Assembly: GCA_016784165.1 (NCBI GenBank)
Contig: JADHVD010000006.1
Coordinates: forward strand, 74 to 64,073
DNA length: 64,000 nt
From: Candidatus Woesearchaeota archaeon
GTDB taxonomy: Archaea > Nanobdellota > Nanobdellia > Woesearchaeales > BS150m-G63
Reading direction: 5' to 3'
Of the stretch, positions 11,301-20,566 are shown piece by piece; position 1 is the stretch's first letter, and the number at the start of each line of letters is the position of its first letter. The position numbers and the translations under genes were made by a program. Below the pieces are notes generated by a model. That model searched no databases. It was not told the DNA's origin and worked only from the letters and a program-made list of their open reading frames with translations.

Positions 11301-14165
11301 TGCATAAGTTTCATTAACTATAATCCATTCGTAAGGTTCATAATAATCACTACCCCCCATATATTGTTGGATAGAATACTTAACCCTATCAACACCAAAA
11401 TTATCCCAAGCAGAAAGATTAATCAAAACTTCTGGAATATCAAATACTTCACCGTGTTCAGGACTGATTATAGTAACATTTGGCCTTGTTACATCAGCAT
11501 AAAATTCAACATATTCATAATCTATAAAACCAAAAGTATTATTTGCCCAAACATTTAATTTATATGTTTTTACATCATCATAAATAGGCCAGCCATACCA
11601 TTCCCAGCTCCAAGGAATATCTGAAACATTAACATAAACAGGACTTTCATAATACTCAATACCATTAGTAGTATTATACCAAATTGTATCAACATCTCCA
11701 GAAACAGATATATTAATTAAAAACACATCTGGACCAACTTCTATTGCATTATCTGGACTGATAATTGTAATACTAAAAACCCCCTCGACAGGATGATAAT
11801 CTACACCACCCCCATCTCCAGGAATGTAATATGTTTGATTTTGATAACCAGAATTATCTTCAAAATCACTCCAGTAATTACCCACATCACTTAAGTTCCA
11901 ATTATTATTGTATGAATCATATTCTTCACGAGCATTATCTTCTTCATTATCAATAAACTGATTATTCCATATGGTATTTTCAGAACTATTAGCATGCACA
12001 TAAATTCCATGTTCTGCATTATCATCTAATAGATTATTTGAAATAAAATTATTAGAAGAAAAAGTAAAAATGATCCCAGATTCATTATTATTTGTTATTA
12101 AATTATTGAAGACAGAATTATAATCAGAATAAGATTCTAACGCAACCCCATCATCAAAATTATTCTCTACACTATTTCCAGAGATTATATTAAATTTAGA
12201 ATCAAATAACTGGATCCCATGATTTTCATTATAACTCACAATGTTATTAAAAATAGAATTATAATTAGAATCCTCTTCTAAACCAATTCCATCATCACCA
12301 TTACCATTTACAAGGTTATAAGAAATCTCGCTATTTGTGACCTTAGAGAATTCAATTGCCTTATCATCAGCATAATTTAAATTATTCCCAGAAATGAATA
12401 CATTATTAGAAAAACTAATCTCAAGGATATTTCCGTCCATATATTGAAGGTTATTATCTAATAATTGGATATTCTCACTATCATCAACTTCTATAGCTGT
12501 TCTTGCGTTAGAAATATTACAATTTTTAATTGTTATGTTTTCACTATCATAAACTCCTATTGCTTCATCTCCTACAACAGAATAACCATCACAATCAAGA
12601 ATTATATCATTTAAATCTTCAATAAGTAAACCATGTCCATCAAACTCCCATTCACAATCACTTTGTTCATTACACTCATTTGAATTAGTATACCCACATT
12701 CATTTTCTGTATAATAATCTCCATAACAATCTTCCCATTCATAGTCCCAGTTACATCCATTTGCGCTGAAACACTCTTCATCAGAAGAATCAAAATCCCA
12801 ACAATCTTTTTGCTCACACTCCCCATCACAATTCAAAAGATCTTCTATTAGTGTTGTACTCTCATATATTGTATCTCCACAAGATAAACCTTCATCAATA
12901 GAAGTTTCAGATATTTCCAAATCCCATGTAATTGCTTCAATCGGAAAATCCAATTCAAGCCTACCATAATCATAATCTAAATTGTTTTCTGGGTCTTCTA
13001 TTATCACCCCATAATCAGTCATAACATCCTCGTCGTCTCTACCTATCTCTTCTCCAGAAAGTATAAGATCGCCCCATTCTACTCCATTATCCTCAATCCA
13101 GTCTATATTCCAAACAAGGTCACCAGCATATTCACCATTAGGTGCTGTTGCATCGCCAATATTTTGGAAAGTTACATTAGTGATAGAAGTTCCATTATCA
13201 CCAAAATACACTTGTTTATAATCATCATCAACTTTTATTCTTAATCCTAAAGGATCATAAGATGAATTAAGACTATTTCCATTAATATCTTCTAAACCAA
13301 CTGCATGCATATCCTTTGCAATTAATATCATCTCATATTCATCTGTTTCCCAAATAAAATTATCTTCTCCAGATTCAAAAACGATAGCAATATCACCATC
13401 AAATATTTCTTCACCCTCTTCGTTCCGAAAATTAACGTAATCATCAATTTCTACAGTTACTGATTCATGTTCATAATTATTTATTCTCTTAAATTGAATT
13501 TGTAAATAATCATTTGGAAAATTGATAACATCGCCCAAAGATAATGCTGGTAATTCCCAATCTTCATCTAGATCTCCTTCTAGTTCATCTCTATCTTGAT
13601 TATATTTTACTCCAATATGAGTTAATGTGTTATTGTAATAATCTGATTCAATATCCCAAACCCATTCAGCTTCATCATCGTCATAACCATAGCCAAACTG
13701 CTCTAATGCATTCTCATCATGTACAGTATAGATTTCGCCTTCATATCTAATTGTAAGTGAATCATCCCCCATAGCTTCAATAATTGATAGATCATTTCCC
13801 ATAAACTCAATTTCTAATTCTTCAGATTCATTCAAAGGGATAACAACATCAGCAATCCACCTATAATGCAATCCTGCATCTTCATCAACTGTAACATAAA
13901 CATCAGTCTCATACTCATCATTAGATTCTCCAGTCAATCCAATTAAGGCCTCTTGCCCAATAAACACTTGTTCCTCAAAATCATAATCCACACCAGAATA
14001 AAAAAGAGTATCATCTTTTAATATTGGAATATCATGATTATCATAAATCAAATTAGAATAAAAAGGAGTTGTACCTATAACCAATTCATCTTCTTCAACA
14101 CCATAAACACCAAAAGCTAAACTAGAGAAGAGTATCAATATGACTAAACTAAATAATTTTTTCAT
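8337..14165 (-). CDS. Giant surface protein: S-layer-like N-terminus, right-handed beta-helix (NosD/pectin-lyase-like) blocks, Ig-like repeats, two CARDB-like domains
   Basis: 1942 aa, signal peptide, N-rich GIxL/NxIxxN coils, NNWNLSDVGNYWSDF, PDLIVTNI...ELDPNNLIDEFNETNN. Confidence 0.9.
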   Translation of the reverse strand: MKKLFSLVILILFSSLAFGVYGVEEDELVIGTTPFYSNLIYDNHDIPILKDDTLFYSGVDYDFEEQVFIGQEALIGLTGESNDEYETDVYVTVDEDAGLHYRWIADVVIPLNESEELEIEFMGNDLSIIEAMGDDSLTIRYEGEIYTVHDENALEQFGYGYDDDEAEWVWDIESDYYNNTLTHIGVKYNQDRDELEGDLDEDWELPALSLGDVINFPNDYLQIQFKRINNYEHESVTVEIDDYVNFRNEEGEEIFDGDIAIVFESGEDNFIWETDEYEMILIAKDMHAVGLEDINGNSLNSSYDPLGLRIKVDDDYKQVYFGDNGTSITNVTFQNIGDATAPNGEYAGDLVWNIDWIEDNGVEWGDLILSGEEIGRDDEDVMTDYGVIIEDPENNLDYDYGRLELDFPIEAITWDLEISETSIDEGLSCGDTIYESTTLIEDLLNCDGECEQKDCWDFDSSDEECFSANGCNWDYEWEDCYGDYYTENECGYTNSNECNEQSDCEWEFDGHGLLIEDLNDIILDCDGYSVVGDEAIGVYDSENITIKNCNISNARTAIEVDDSENIQLLDNNLQYMDGNILEISFSNNVFISGNNLNYADDKAIEFSKVTNSEISYNLVNGNGDDGIGLEEDSNYNSIFNNIVSYNENHGIQLFDSKFNIISGNSVENNFDDGVALESYSDYNSVFNNLITNNNESGIIFTFSSNNFISNNLLDDNAEHGIYVHANSSENTIWNNQFIDNEEDNAREEYDSYNNNWNLSDVGNYWSDFEDNSGYQNQTYYIPGDGGGVDYHPVEGVFSITIISPDNAIEVGPDVFLINISVSGDVDTIWYNTTNGIEYYESPVYVNVSDIPWSWEWYGWPIYDDVKTYKLNVWANNTFGFIDYEYVEFYADVTRPNVTIISPEHGEVFDIPEVLINLSAWDNFGVDRVKYSIQQYMGGSDYYEPYEWIIVNETYAVPVNVTLPDGGLYGYSLYVSVNDTSGNTNSAYITFNIDAVLDCGDTITEDTTLTEDLLNCSGNGLIIGANDITLDCDSHSIEGDYDSYGMGIYINQFNGTTIQNCNISGFENGTSLDISSYNTLNNNIFTNNYEGINLGYSSSFNNIYNNTLNDNNNTGIYLYDYNYNNSIFGNIVENNGDYGIYLDWHNDNNSIFGNIVENNGDYGIYLNYYNDYNTIWNNQFIDNGENNSANAYQYYYSHNNNWNLSDVGNYWSDFEDNSGHPYVYNIPGDGNDVDYHPIGAFSITIISPDNATEVGPDMFLINISVSGDIDKIWYNTTNGIEYYEGPVYVNVSDIPWSWEWYGWPIYGDVKTYKLNVWANNTFGFIGYKYVEFYADVTRPNVTIISPEHGEVFDTPEVLINLSAWDNFGVDRVWYGIQQQYWPYEFVFENETYIGPVDVTLPNGNYSLYVNMSDNSGLSDSASVFFTVNATEPVVTIHSPANGTEFNEVSQILLNFSADSDFGIDTIFYNYNNMNITYTGSIYVDVDGLDYGWNWYPGFGSDYGYHMQVCANDTAGNEECGLTRFDINNNPPNITIQSPYGSEWYTHYYNVSDQSSIEILLNISAWDNLGTDTVWYDINDESAVIYEEPIFLEFEIGNYSLTACVNDSLGQIVCDVANFMVEDYNDPEILIHSPLDGLTYETAQILVNLSASDNVEVDTIWYNHSGNTVYYEDPVYEDFNLGYNYFYACVNDTSGNTNCENIYFNVSMPDLIVTNISSFLSDAGNETTVEVTFKNIGLEESDYYYAYNFNYGGRNLIRDSFSGRGLEPGEETTILVSYVYDFAGDYTFYFELDPNNLIDEFNETNNIGLESYFINGTPDLTPALLSFEQSFENPNLVTFNIEVSALGGTIWVDDFTYHINYGDGEGEGGSISETIMPWESYNFSLTHEYSTFGDYKVFFEVDPENSIFEFDESNNFFETTITLEEETVDILIKKIKQLNISSIN
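10053..11910. repeat. Intragenic near-identical duplication of about 520 bp (about 10053-10575 and 11382-11910)
   Basis: Offset 1329 bp (443 codons) at AACCCTATCAACACC and GGACTGATAATTG, becoming 1335 after a 6-nt indel. Confidence 0.9.
10671..10800. repeat. 72-bp-period tandem duplication of one beta-helix coil
   Basis: 58 identical bp at 10671-10728 and 10743-10800 (NNSIFGNIVENNGDYGIYL twice). Confidence 0.9.
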
Positions 14166-14340
14166 TATATGCTATTATACCTCTGTAATATAACTATAAC
14201 CACCCCAATGAAATACAATATACCTTATTTATAAATCTTACTATTCTTTATTACTTCTTAGTAATCAATAGATTAGACAAGGAAGATATTAATTCCCCTC
14301 TATAAAGATATATGTTTCCAAACTATAAATAATTTATGTT

Positions 14341-14439
14341 TCACTTACACATATCATTCAATTTCTCAATAATCCAAACCATTCCAAGAATATCTAACCC
14401 ACAATATTTCAATAATGCTTCCTTAACCACTCTTTCCAA
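14341..14439 (-). pseudogene. Startless 3' fragment resembling the C-terminus of DUF2779-family proteins
   Basis: KEALLKYCGLDILGMVWIIEKLNDMCK*; resembles the LLxYCxLDxxxMV tail (by eye). Confidence 0.45.
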
Positions 14440-14447
14440 CTAATCTA
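14421..14447. repeat. 27-bp direct repeat, right copy, overlapping the DUF4430 stop codon
   Basis: Identical to 7901-7927; encodes RLVGKSG*. Confidence 0.9.
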
Positions 14448-14872
14448 AATTCAATATTGTCACCTGGCTGGATGATATATTCACCAACACCCACTCTACC
14501 AATTTCACCATCAACATAATAAGCCCAATAAAAATCATCTCCACCACATATGTTATCAATACAATTGACAAGCACCATGTACTGCAATTCTTCCATTTGT
14601 ATAACATGTAACTCAAGTAAGATATCAAGTGGAGTTCTACCTGACTCAATCAATTCAATGGTAGTGCCACCTACACTCCTAATAATCAAAAAAGTATCAT
14701 CCTCAACAGATGCATTATCTACAACCCCATTTAGCACATAACCAATAAAAGTAAGTACAGCGATAAATACCACCAAAAACAAAAGAATTCTCATTTCTTT
14801 CAATCTAGAGGCATCAAACCTTTTTTTCAAAAATTTTTTACTTTTTTTCAGAATTTTTTTCATTGTTTTCAC
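14423..14872 (-). CDS. Membrane-anchored DUF4430 (transcobalamin C-terminal-like) protein
   Basis: TM helix followed by TPLDIL...VNCIDN...FYWAYYVDGE...VGVGEYIIQPGDNIEFR; start may be the ATG at 14863. Confidence 0.8.
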   Translation of the reverse strand: MKTMKKILKKSKKFLKKRFDASRLKEMRILLFLVVFIAVLTFIGYVLNGVVDNASVEDDTFLIIRSVGGTTIELIESGRTPLDILLELHVIQMEELQYMVLVNCIDNICGGDDFYWAYYVDGEIGRVGVGEYIIQPGDNIEFRLVGKSG

Positions 14873-15270
14873 TTCTTTTTTTTAGGTTCTTTCATTTTCT
14901 TTGTGATTGCTAATTTCTCACCACAACCACCACAAACAAAAACAATAGATTTGACCCCTTGAAATGTTTTTCTAATATAAGGAACATCTGCTTCACCTTC
15001 ATGTTCACATTTAGGACAAACATATTTAATCTCCATATTTAAAGATTCTTCATGTTCTTTTTTATCCTCAACAAAACCACATTCAGGACAAACATATTCT
15101 TTAGCTCTTATTTTCACTTTGCCCTTCTCAACAGGTTTTCCCATTTTAACTTTTCCGCATTTAGGACATTGTTTCTTATACACCCAAGCTTTAGCTTTTC
15201 CTAGCTCCCCTAAAGTTCTATTACTAAAATATAAACATTGATCCATGCTTTCTGGTTCCACTAATCCCAT
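14869..15270 (-). CDS. Multi-Zn-ribbon hypothetical protein
   Basis: CPKC, CPECG, CPKC and CGGCG motifs. Confidence 0.8.
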   Translation of the reverse strand: MGLVEPESMDQCLYFSNRTLGELGKAKAWVYKKQCPKCGKVKMGKPVEKGKVKIRAKEYVCPECGFVEDKKEHEESLNMEIKYVCPKCEHEGEADVPYIRKTFQGVKSIVFVCGGCGEKLAITKKMKEPKKKK

Positions 15271-15533
15271 TAATCATCGCCCCCATTATCTTCATTTACA
15301 TTATTATCTTCTGTATTATTATCTGTATCATTAACATCAGGTAACCAATTTTTCTGAGTAGCATAACCAACAACATCTTTAGTATTGCCACCAACACCTT
15401 TTACCCAATTAAAAAATTCTTTAGCAAACGTAATCTTTTCCTCTTTTGTTTCTAGATCTGTATCTAAAGAATTCTTAATCATATAGCCTCCGACTACTAA
15501 AAATACAACAATAAAAAATAATATTTTTTTCAT
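15270..15533 (-). CDS. Small membrane-anchored hypothetical protein
   Basis: N-terminal TM helix, D/N-rich tail, coupled to neighbours. Confidence 0.65.
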   Translation of the reverse strand: MKKILFFIVVFLVVGGYMIKNSLDTDLETKEEKITFAKEFFNWVKGVGGNTKDVVGYATQKNWLPDVNDTDNNTEDNNVNEDNGGDD

Positions 15534-15542
15534 TTTTTCTTT

Positions 15543-16355
15543 TTAATTCTTCTCCAACCTTTTAATCTCAATACTAATTGCCTCATCTTTAACACGTATA
15601 TACCGAGGACATAAAGTGTATTGATAATCATGTTTATTGCAATATTTAAGTATTTTTTGTTTTTCTTCTTCACAACAATACTTCACAACAACATTAATTC
15701 CCTTGTCACCCCTATGAATAACATTAAAACCTTTCAAATCTTTCTTAACTTTTTTATTTTTATCATAAAGCCATTTCAATCTCTTTTTAGCCCCTTTAAG
15801 TTTTTCTAATAATATTTCAGAATTATTTTCATCAAAATCATAACCCTCAAAACCCTTAATCAATGAAAACAACCTCTCATCGTTAGTACCAATAAAACCA
15901 CCATAACCTGCATCAACAACTTTCCATCTTCCAAAACTACCTATAAATATATCAGCAACTCGCTTAAACCTACCACCTATAGAACAAATATCTAAAATAA
16001 CAAAATTTTTACCTTTGCAAACCTTATATATCTTCTTAACTTGTTGCTCTGCAAAATAGCCAGCTAAATTTTGATACAATAAACACCCAGATTTCTCTTT
16101 CAAATTTTTAGAATCAATCAACCCATATTCAGTTTTAACTCGCTCCAATCCAAAACCAACTTTCTTAGGAAACTGTAAATAAGTTAACCACCCTCCTTGA
16201 TCAGGAATTAAAACATTTTCAAAACCCTTCTGTTTCGCAACACTTAAAGCAATAAAAATAGCACTATTCCCTCTATCAACAAGACGCACATATTTACAAC
16301 CAATCAATTTCTTGATTTTTTTTTCAATCTCCTCAACAACTTCCACATCAACCAT
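15543..16355 (-). CDS. Short DegT/DnrJ/EryC1/StrS-like PLP-dependent protein
   Basis: RGNSAIFIAL, VLIPD, ILD, GSFGRWK...GYGG (PLP Lys retained). Confidence 0.7.
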   Translation of the reverse strand: MVDVEVVEEIEKKIKKLIGCKYVRLVDRGNSAIFIALSVAKQKGFENVLIPDQGGWLTYLQFPKKVGFGLERVKTEYGLIDSKNLKEKSGCLLYQNLAGYFAEQQVKKIYKVCKGKNFVILDICSIGGRFKRVADIFIGSFGRWKVVDAGYGGFIGTNDERLFSLIKGFEGYDFDENNSEILLEKLKGAKKRLKWLYDKNKKVKKDLKGFNVIHRGDKGINVVVKYCCEEEKQKILKYCNKHDYQYTLCPRYIRVKDEAISIEIKRLEKN

Positions 16356-16570
16356 AACAAAAAAACATCAAAGCAAGTATAAATATCTTTGCAAAAACAA
16401 AATTATCAAAATTAAAATACCTAACAAAAAAATATATAACCCAAAACATAAATTAGAATCACATAAATATTTATATATAAGTTCTACACTCATTTATTTG
16501 GGTGGTAAGTAGAATCGGCTAACCAACTAGAGGTATAAGTAACGAATAGATTACAAAAAGAGGAATAAAA

Positions 16571-19500
16571 ATGACAAAAATTTCTAAAATAAAAAAAAGA
16601 GATGGGAGCATAGCCCCATTTGATCCAGAGAAAATAGCAAACGCAATATTCAAAGCAGCAGAATCAGTTGGCGGAACAAATAAAACGCTTTCTAAAAGAT
16701 TAACAGAAGAAATCACCTTAATACTAGAAGAAAAATTTAGTAACGAAATTCCTGAGGTAGAAACTATTCAAGATATTGTTGAAAACACATTAATCAATAA
16801 AGGACATGTAAAAACCGCAAAGTCTTACATCATTTATAGGCATGAACATAAATCTATAAGGGATGAAAAAAAAGCAGTTCTTGGAAAAATAAGCCCTTCT
16901 AAAAAATTAAATGTAAATGCTCTTACAGTATTAAAAGAAAGATATTTGTTAAAAAATATGAAAGGAGAATTAATAGAATCTCCTGAAGATTTATTTGAAA
17001 GAATAGCAAAGGACATATCTAAATCAGATAAAAAATACAATAAAAAAGCAGATTTAAAGAAAATTGCACAAGAATTTTATGATATGATGGCAAACCTTGA
17101 TTTTTTGCCAAACTCACCTACATTAATGAATGCCGGAACAGACATTCAACAATTAGCAGCGTGTTTTGTACTTCCTATTGAAGACAGCATGGAAGGAATT
17201 TTTGGTACATTAAGAGATGCTGCTATAATCCATAAAAGTGGTGGAGGAACAGGATTCTCTTTCTCTAGATTAAGAGCTAAAAGTTCAATTGTAAAATCCA
17301 CTAAAGGTGTAGCCTCTGGACCAGTTTCATTCCTAACAGTATACAACGCAGCAACTGAAGTTATCAAACAAGGAGGAAAGAGAAGAGGCGCAAACATGGG
17401 TATATTAAAAATTGACCACCCAGACATTTTAGAATTCATAAATTGCAAAGAAAAAAATGAATCAATAACTAACTTCAATATTTCAGTAGGATTAACAGAA
17501 GATTTCATGAAAGCAGTTGAAAACGATGAAGAATATGATCTAATAAACCCTGCAGACGGTTTATGTGTACAAAAATTAAATGCTCAAACAGTATTCAATT
17601 TGTTAGTTAGTTCTGCTTGGCGTAATGGAGATCCAGGAATTGTGTTTTTAGATAGAATAAATAAAGATAATCCAACACCAGTAGTAGGAGAAATTGAATC
17701 AACTAACCCTTGTCTTGCACCAGATACTTTAATTTCAACAAATAATGGACTTGAAAAAATTAAAGAACTTTACAAAAAATATAAAGATAAAGAAATTATA
17801 ATTCTTACAGACGATAGAACAATAACTAAAAAAATAAAACATAACCAAAGAGAATATTACCAAAATGGAGTTGCATTAAGAAAAGCAAAAATATTCAAAA
17901 CAGGAATAAAAAATATTCTCGAAATAGAATTAAAAAATGGACAAACATTAAAAGTCACACCAGACCATAAAATTCTAAGTACAAAAGGATGGAAAGAAGC
18001 AAAAAAACTAAAACAAGGAGAAGAAGTCCTTATTCAATCAGGAAAAGGATTTTATCCAGATTCAGATAAAATTGGAGAAGAATTAGGGTTATTTATGGGG
18101 TGGCTATCAGGAGACGGATGGCTTACTTCTGATAAAAAAAGTATTGGAATGGTATTTGCATCTAATGAAGAATATATCATGAAAAAGATGCAAAAAATTG
18201 CAGAAAAAAACAAAGCAGGAAAAGGAATATTCAATAAAAGAGAAAACAAAACTCTTCAATTACTTTTTAAAAGAAAGAAATTTGTAGAATTAATAAGCTC
18301 ACTTGATATACAACCTAAAAGGGCGCATAAAAAAAGAGTACCAAAAACAATATTTACTTCATCAGAAAAAACAGTTACTGCGTATCTCAATGGATTATTC
18401 TGTTCAGATGGAACTATTAATTTTATAGATCAAGCACATAGAGATATAAGATTAAGCTCTACGTCTAAAGAATTATTAAAAGATACCCAACTTCTACTTC
18501 TAAATTTAGGAATATTCTCTAATATTTATGAAAGAACAAAAAAGAATCAAGCAAATTTTAGTTATACAACAATAAAAGGAGAAAAAAGAATATATAATAG
18601 TAAACCCTACTTTGAATTAATCATAAATGGAAATAATATATGTAAATTTAAAAGTGCCATAGGAGATTTGATTCATAAAGAAAAAAATAAAAAAATAAAC
18701 AAAATTAATAGGTGTTCGAGAAAGAATACAAAATTCATAAGCAAAATAAAAAGTATAAACAAAGATAAAAAAACAGAAGTATATGACATTTCAGAAAAAA
18801 TAACAAATTCTTTAATTGCAAATGGAATCGTTGTTCACAATTGTGGAGAGCAACCACTTCTCCCGTATGAAGCATGTAATCTTGGTTCAATTAATCTTGG
18901 AAACTTTATCCAAAACCAAAAAATTGACTGGAAAAGATTAAAGAAAATAATTCATAAATCAATTCATTTTTTAGATAATGTAATAGATAGAAGCAAATAC
19001 CCCCTTCCTGAAATCACAAAAATGGTCAACGCAAATAGAAAAGTGGGATTGGGAGTTATGGGTTGGGCAGATATGTTAATGCAATTAGGAATAGCTTACA
19101 ATAGTGAAGAAGGAATAAAATTAGCAGAAGAAGTAATGAAATTCGTAAAAGACGAGTCTGATAAAGCATCAACCATTCTAGCAAAAGAAAGAGGAGTATT
19201 TCCAAATTGGAACGATAGTATATACAACAAAGAGAGCAGATACTTTCAAGGAACCCATATAAAATTAAGAAACGCAACAAGAACCACAATTGCACCAACA
19301 GGAACTATTGGTATGATTGCTGATGCATCTGGTGGAGTAGAACCCTTATTTGCTTTAAGTTATGTAAAAAGAGTCATGGATGGAAAAGAACTATTTTACA
19401 TTGATAAAAACTTCAAAAAAGCATTGCAAGAACACAAAATATTTTCAAAAAGTTTAATGGAAAAAGTAATCAATCAAGGCTCAATCCAACATATCGATGA

Positions 19501-19924
19501 AATACCAGAAGAATTAAAGAAAACTTTTGTGGTTGCGCATGATATCTCTCCTGAATATCACCTAAAAATGCAGGCAGCATTCCAAAAATACACAGATAAC
19601 GCAGTATCTAAAACAGTTAATTTTTCAAATGACTCAACAATGGAAAATGTTGAAGAAACATATCTGCTTGCATATAAACTGGGATGTAAAGGTGTAACTA
19701 TCTATAGAGATGGGAGTAAAGATCAACAAGTGTTAAATCTTAATATCAATATTGAAAAAGAAAAAGAGGAAAAAAAGGAGAAAGAAAATAAAGAGAGAGA
19801 ACAAAAAGAGAAAGAACAAAAAGAAGAGGATAAAGATATTTGTCCTGAATGTGGTAGTAAATTAATCTTTCAAGAGGGTTGTTGTAAATGTTCTTCTTGT
19901 AGTTATTCTGTTTGTAACGGATAA
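16571..19924 (+). CDS. nrdJ: Class II (adenosylcobalamin-dependent) ribonucleotide reductase with ATP-cone, intein and C-terminal Zn ribbon
   Basis: KIKKRDG ATP-cone, [52 protein letters not shown]. Confidence 0.95.
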   Translation: MTKISKIKKRDGSIAPFDPEKIANAIFKAAESVGGTNKTLSKRLTEEITLILEEKFSNEIPEVETIQDIVENTLINKGHVKTAKSYIIYRHEHKSIRDEKKAVLGKISPSKKLNVNALTVLKERYLLKNMKGELIESPEDLFERIAKDISKSDKKYNKKADLKKIAQEFYDMMANLDFLPNSPTLMNAGTDIQQLAACFVLPIEDSMEGIFGTLRDAAIIHKSGGGTGFSFSRLRAKSSIVKSTKGVASGPVSFLTVYNAATEVIKQGGKRRGANMGILKIDHPDILEFINCKEKNESITNFNISVGLTEDFMKAVENDEEYDLINPADGLCVQKLNAQTVFNLLVSSAWRNGDPGIVFLDRINKDNPTPVVGEIESTNPCLAPDTLISTNNGLEKIKELYKKYKDKEIIILTDDRTITKKIKHNQREYYQNGVALRKAKIFKTGIKNILEIELKNGQTLKVTPDHKILSTKGWKEAKKLKQGEEVLIQSGKGFYPDSDKIGEELGLFMGWLSGDGWLTSDKKSIGMVFASNEEYIMKKMQKIAEKNKAGKGIFNKRENKTLQLLFKRKKFVELISSLDIQPKRAHKKRVPKTIFTSSEKTVTAYLNGLFCSDGTINFIDQAHRDIRLSSTSKELLKDTQLLLLNLGIFSNIYERTKKNQANFSYTTIKGEKRIYNSKPYFELIINGNNICKFKSAIGDLIHKEKNKKINKINRCSRKNTKFISKIKSINKDKKTEVYDISEKITNSLIANGIVVHNCGEQPLLPYEACNLGSINLGNFIQNQKIDWKRLKKIIHKSIHFLDNVIDRSKYPLPEITKMVNANRKVGLGVMGWADMLMQLGIAYNSEEGIKLAEEVMKFVKDESDKASTILAKERGVFPNWNDSIYNKESRYFQGTHIKLRNATRTTIAPTGTIGMIADASGGVEPLFALSYVKRVMDGKELFYIDKNFKKALQEHKIFSKSLMEKVINQGSIQHIDEIPEELKKTFVVAHDISPEYHLKMQAAFQKYTDNAVSKTVNFSNDSTMENVEETYLLAYKLGCKGVTIYRDGSKDQQVLNLNINIEKEKEEKKEKENKEREQKEKEQKEEDKDICPECGSKLIFQEGCCKCSSCSYSVCNG
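17711..18841 (+). mobile_element. Intein (377 aa) with LAGLIDADG homing endonuclease
   Basis: Starts CLAPDT after TNP, ends VVHN before CGEQP; FMGWLSGDG and [10 protein letters not shown] blocks. Confidence 0.95.
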
Positions 19925-19929
19925 ATAAC

Positions 19930-19969
19930 TAAACCTCCTTAAACCTTAGTAAACCCTACTAAACAAAAA
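19930..19969. repeat. 10-bp-period TAAACC array between nrdJ and cobO
   Basis: TAAACCTCCT TAAACCTTAG TAAACCCTAC TAAACAAAAA. Confidence 0.6.
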
Positions 19970-19974
19970 CCAAA

Positions 19975-20565
19975 ATGAAAAAAAAACTCGGATTGGTGCA
20001 TGTATACACAGGAAATGGTAAAGGCAAAACCTCAATGTCTTTAGGGATAGCGCTAAGAGCTGCAGGATACAATCTTAATGTGCATATGATTCAATTTCTA
20101 AAAAGTGGAGACACAGGAGAATTATTTGCTGTAGAAAATTATCTTCCAAATATGAAAATTGCTCAATTTGGAAAAGAAGCATTGATAGATCAACAAACAC
20201 ATATTCACGAATTTAGAAAGGAATCTACAAAAAAGAACAATAATGGCAATTATAAATTTTTACCTGATGAAGAAGAAGCAGAATCTGTAAGACGAGCTTT
20301 TGAGTATGCCCATAAAATTGCAACCAGTGGGGATCATGATGTTCTTATTCTTGATGAAATCAATTGTGCTGTAGAAAAAGGATTAATAAATATAGAGGAA
20401 ATGTTAAACTTAATGAAAATAAAATCAGAAAATACGGAACTCATTTTAACAGGAAGAGGAGCGCCTAAAGAATTAATAGAAGCAGCAGATTATGTCACAG
20501 AAATGGGAGAGGTAAAACACCCCTATAATAAAAAGATATTAGCAAGAGAAGGTATTGATTACTGA
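19975..20565 (+). CDS. cobO: Cob(I)alamin adenosyltransferase (CobO/BtuR family)
   Basis: VHVYTGNGKGKT, QFLKS, LILDEI, ELILTGR, ADYVTEM...KHPY...AREGIDY. Confidence 0.95.
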   Translation: MKKKLGLVHVYTGNGKGKTSMSLGIALRAAGYNLNVHMIQFLKSGDTGELFAVENYLPNMKIAQFGKEALIDQQTHIHEFRKESTKKNNNGNYKFLPDEEEAESVRRAFEYAHKIATSGDHDVLILDEINCAVEKGLINIEEMLNLMKIKSENTELILTGRGAPKELIEAADYVTEMGEVKHPYNKKILAREGIDY

Positions 20566-20566
20566 A

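Larger units (their letters stand above)
7928..14420. mobile_element. Putative inserted segment (genomic islet) between 27-bp direct repeats; no integrase or terminal inverted repeats
   Basis: Flanking repeat restores the 3' end of the DUF4430 gene; a single cargo gene; gene tails at both ends. Confidence 0.6.

Noticed and set aside
7901-14447. Casposon, IS or integron interpretation of the insert
   Set aside because: No terminal inverted repeats inside the direct repeats; no casposase, PolB, transposase or integrase; no attC-like hairpins seen.
16356-16570. Second cobalamin riboswitch upstream of nrdJ
   Set aside because: No GGAA/P4 T-loop/CCGCAAC/B12-box elements found on either strand.
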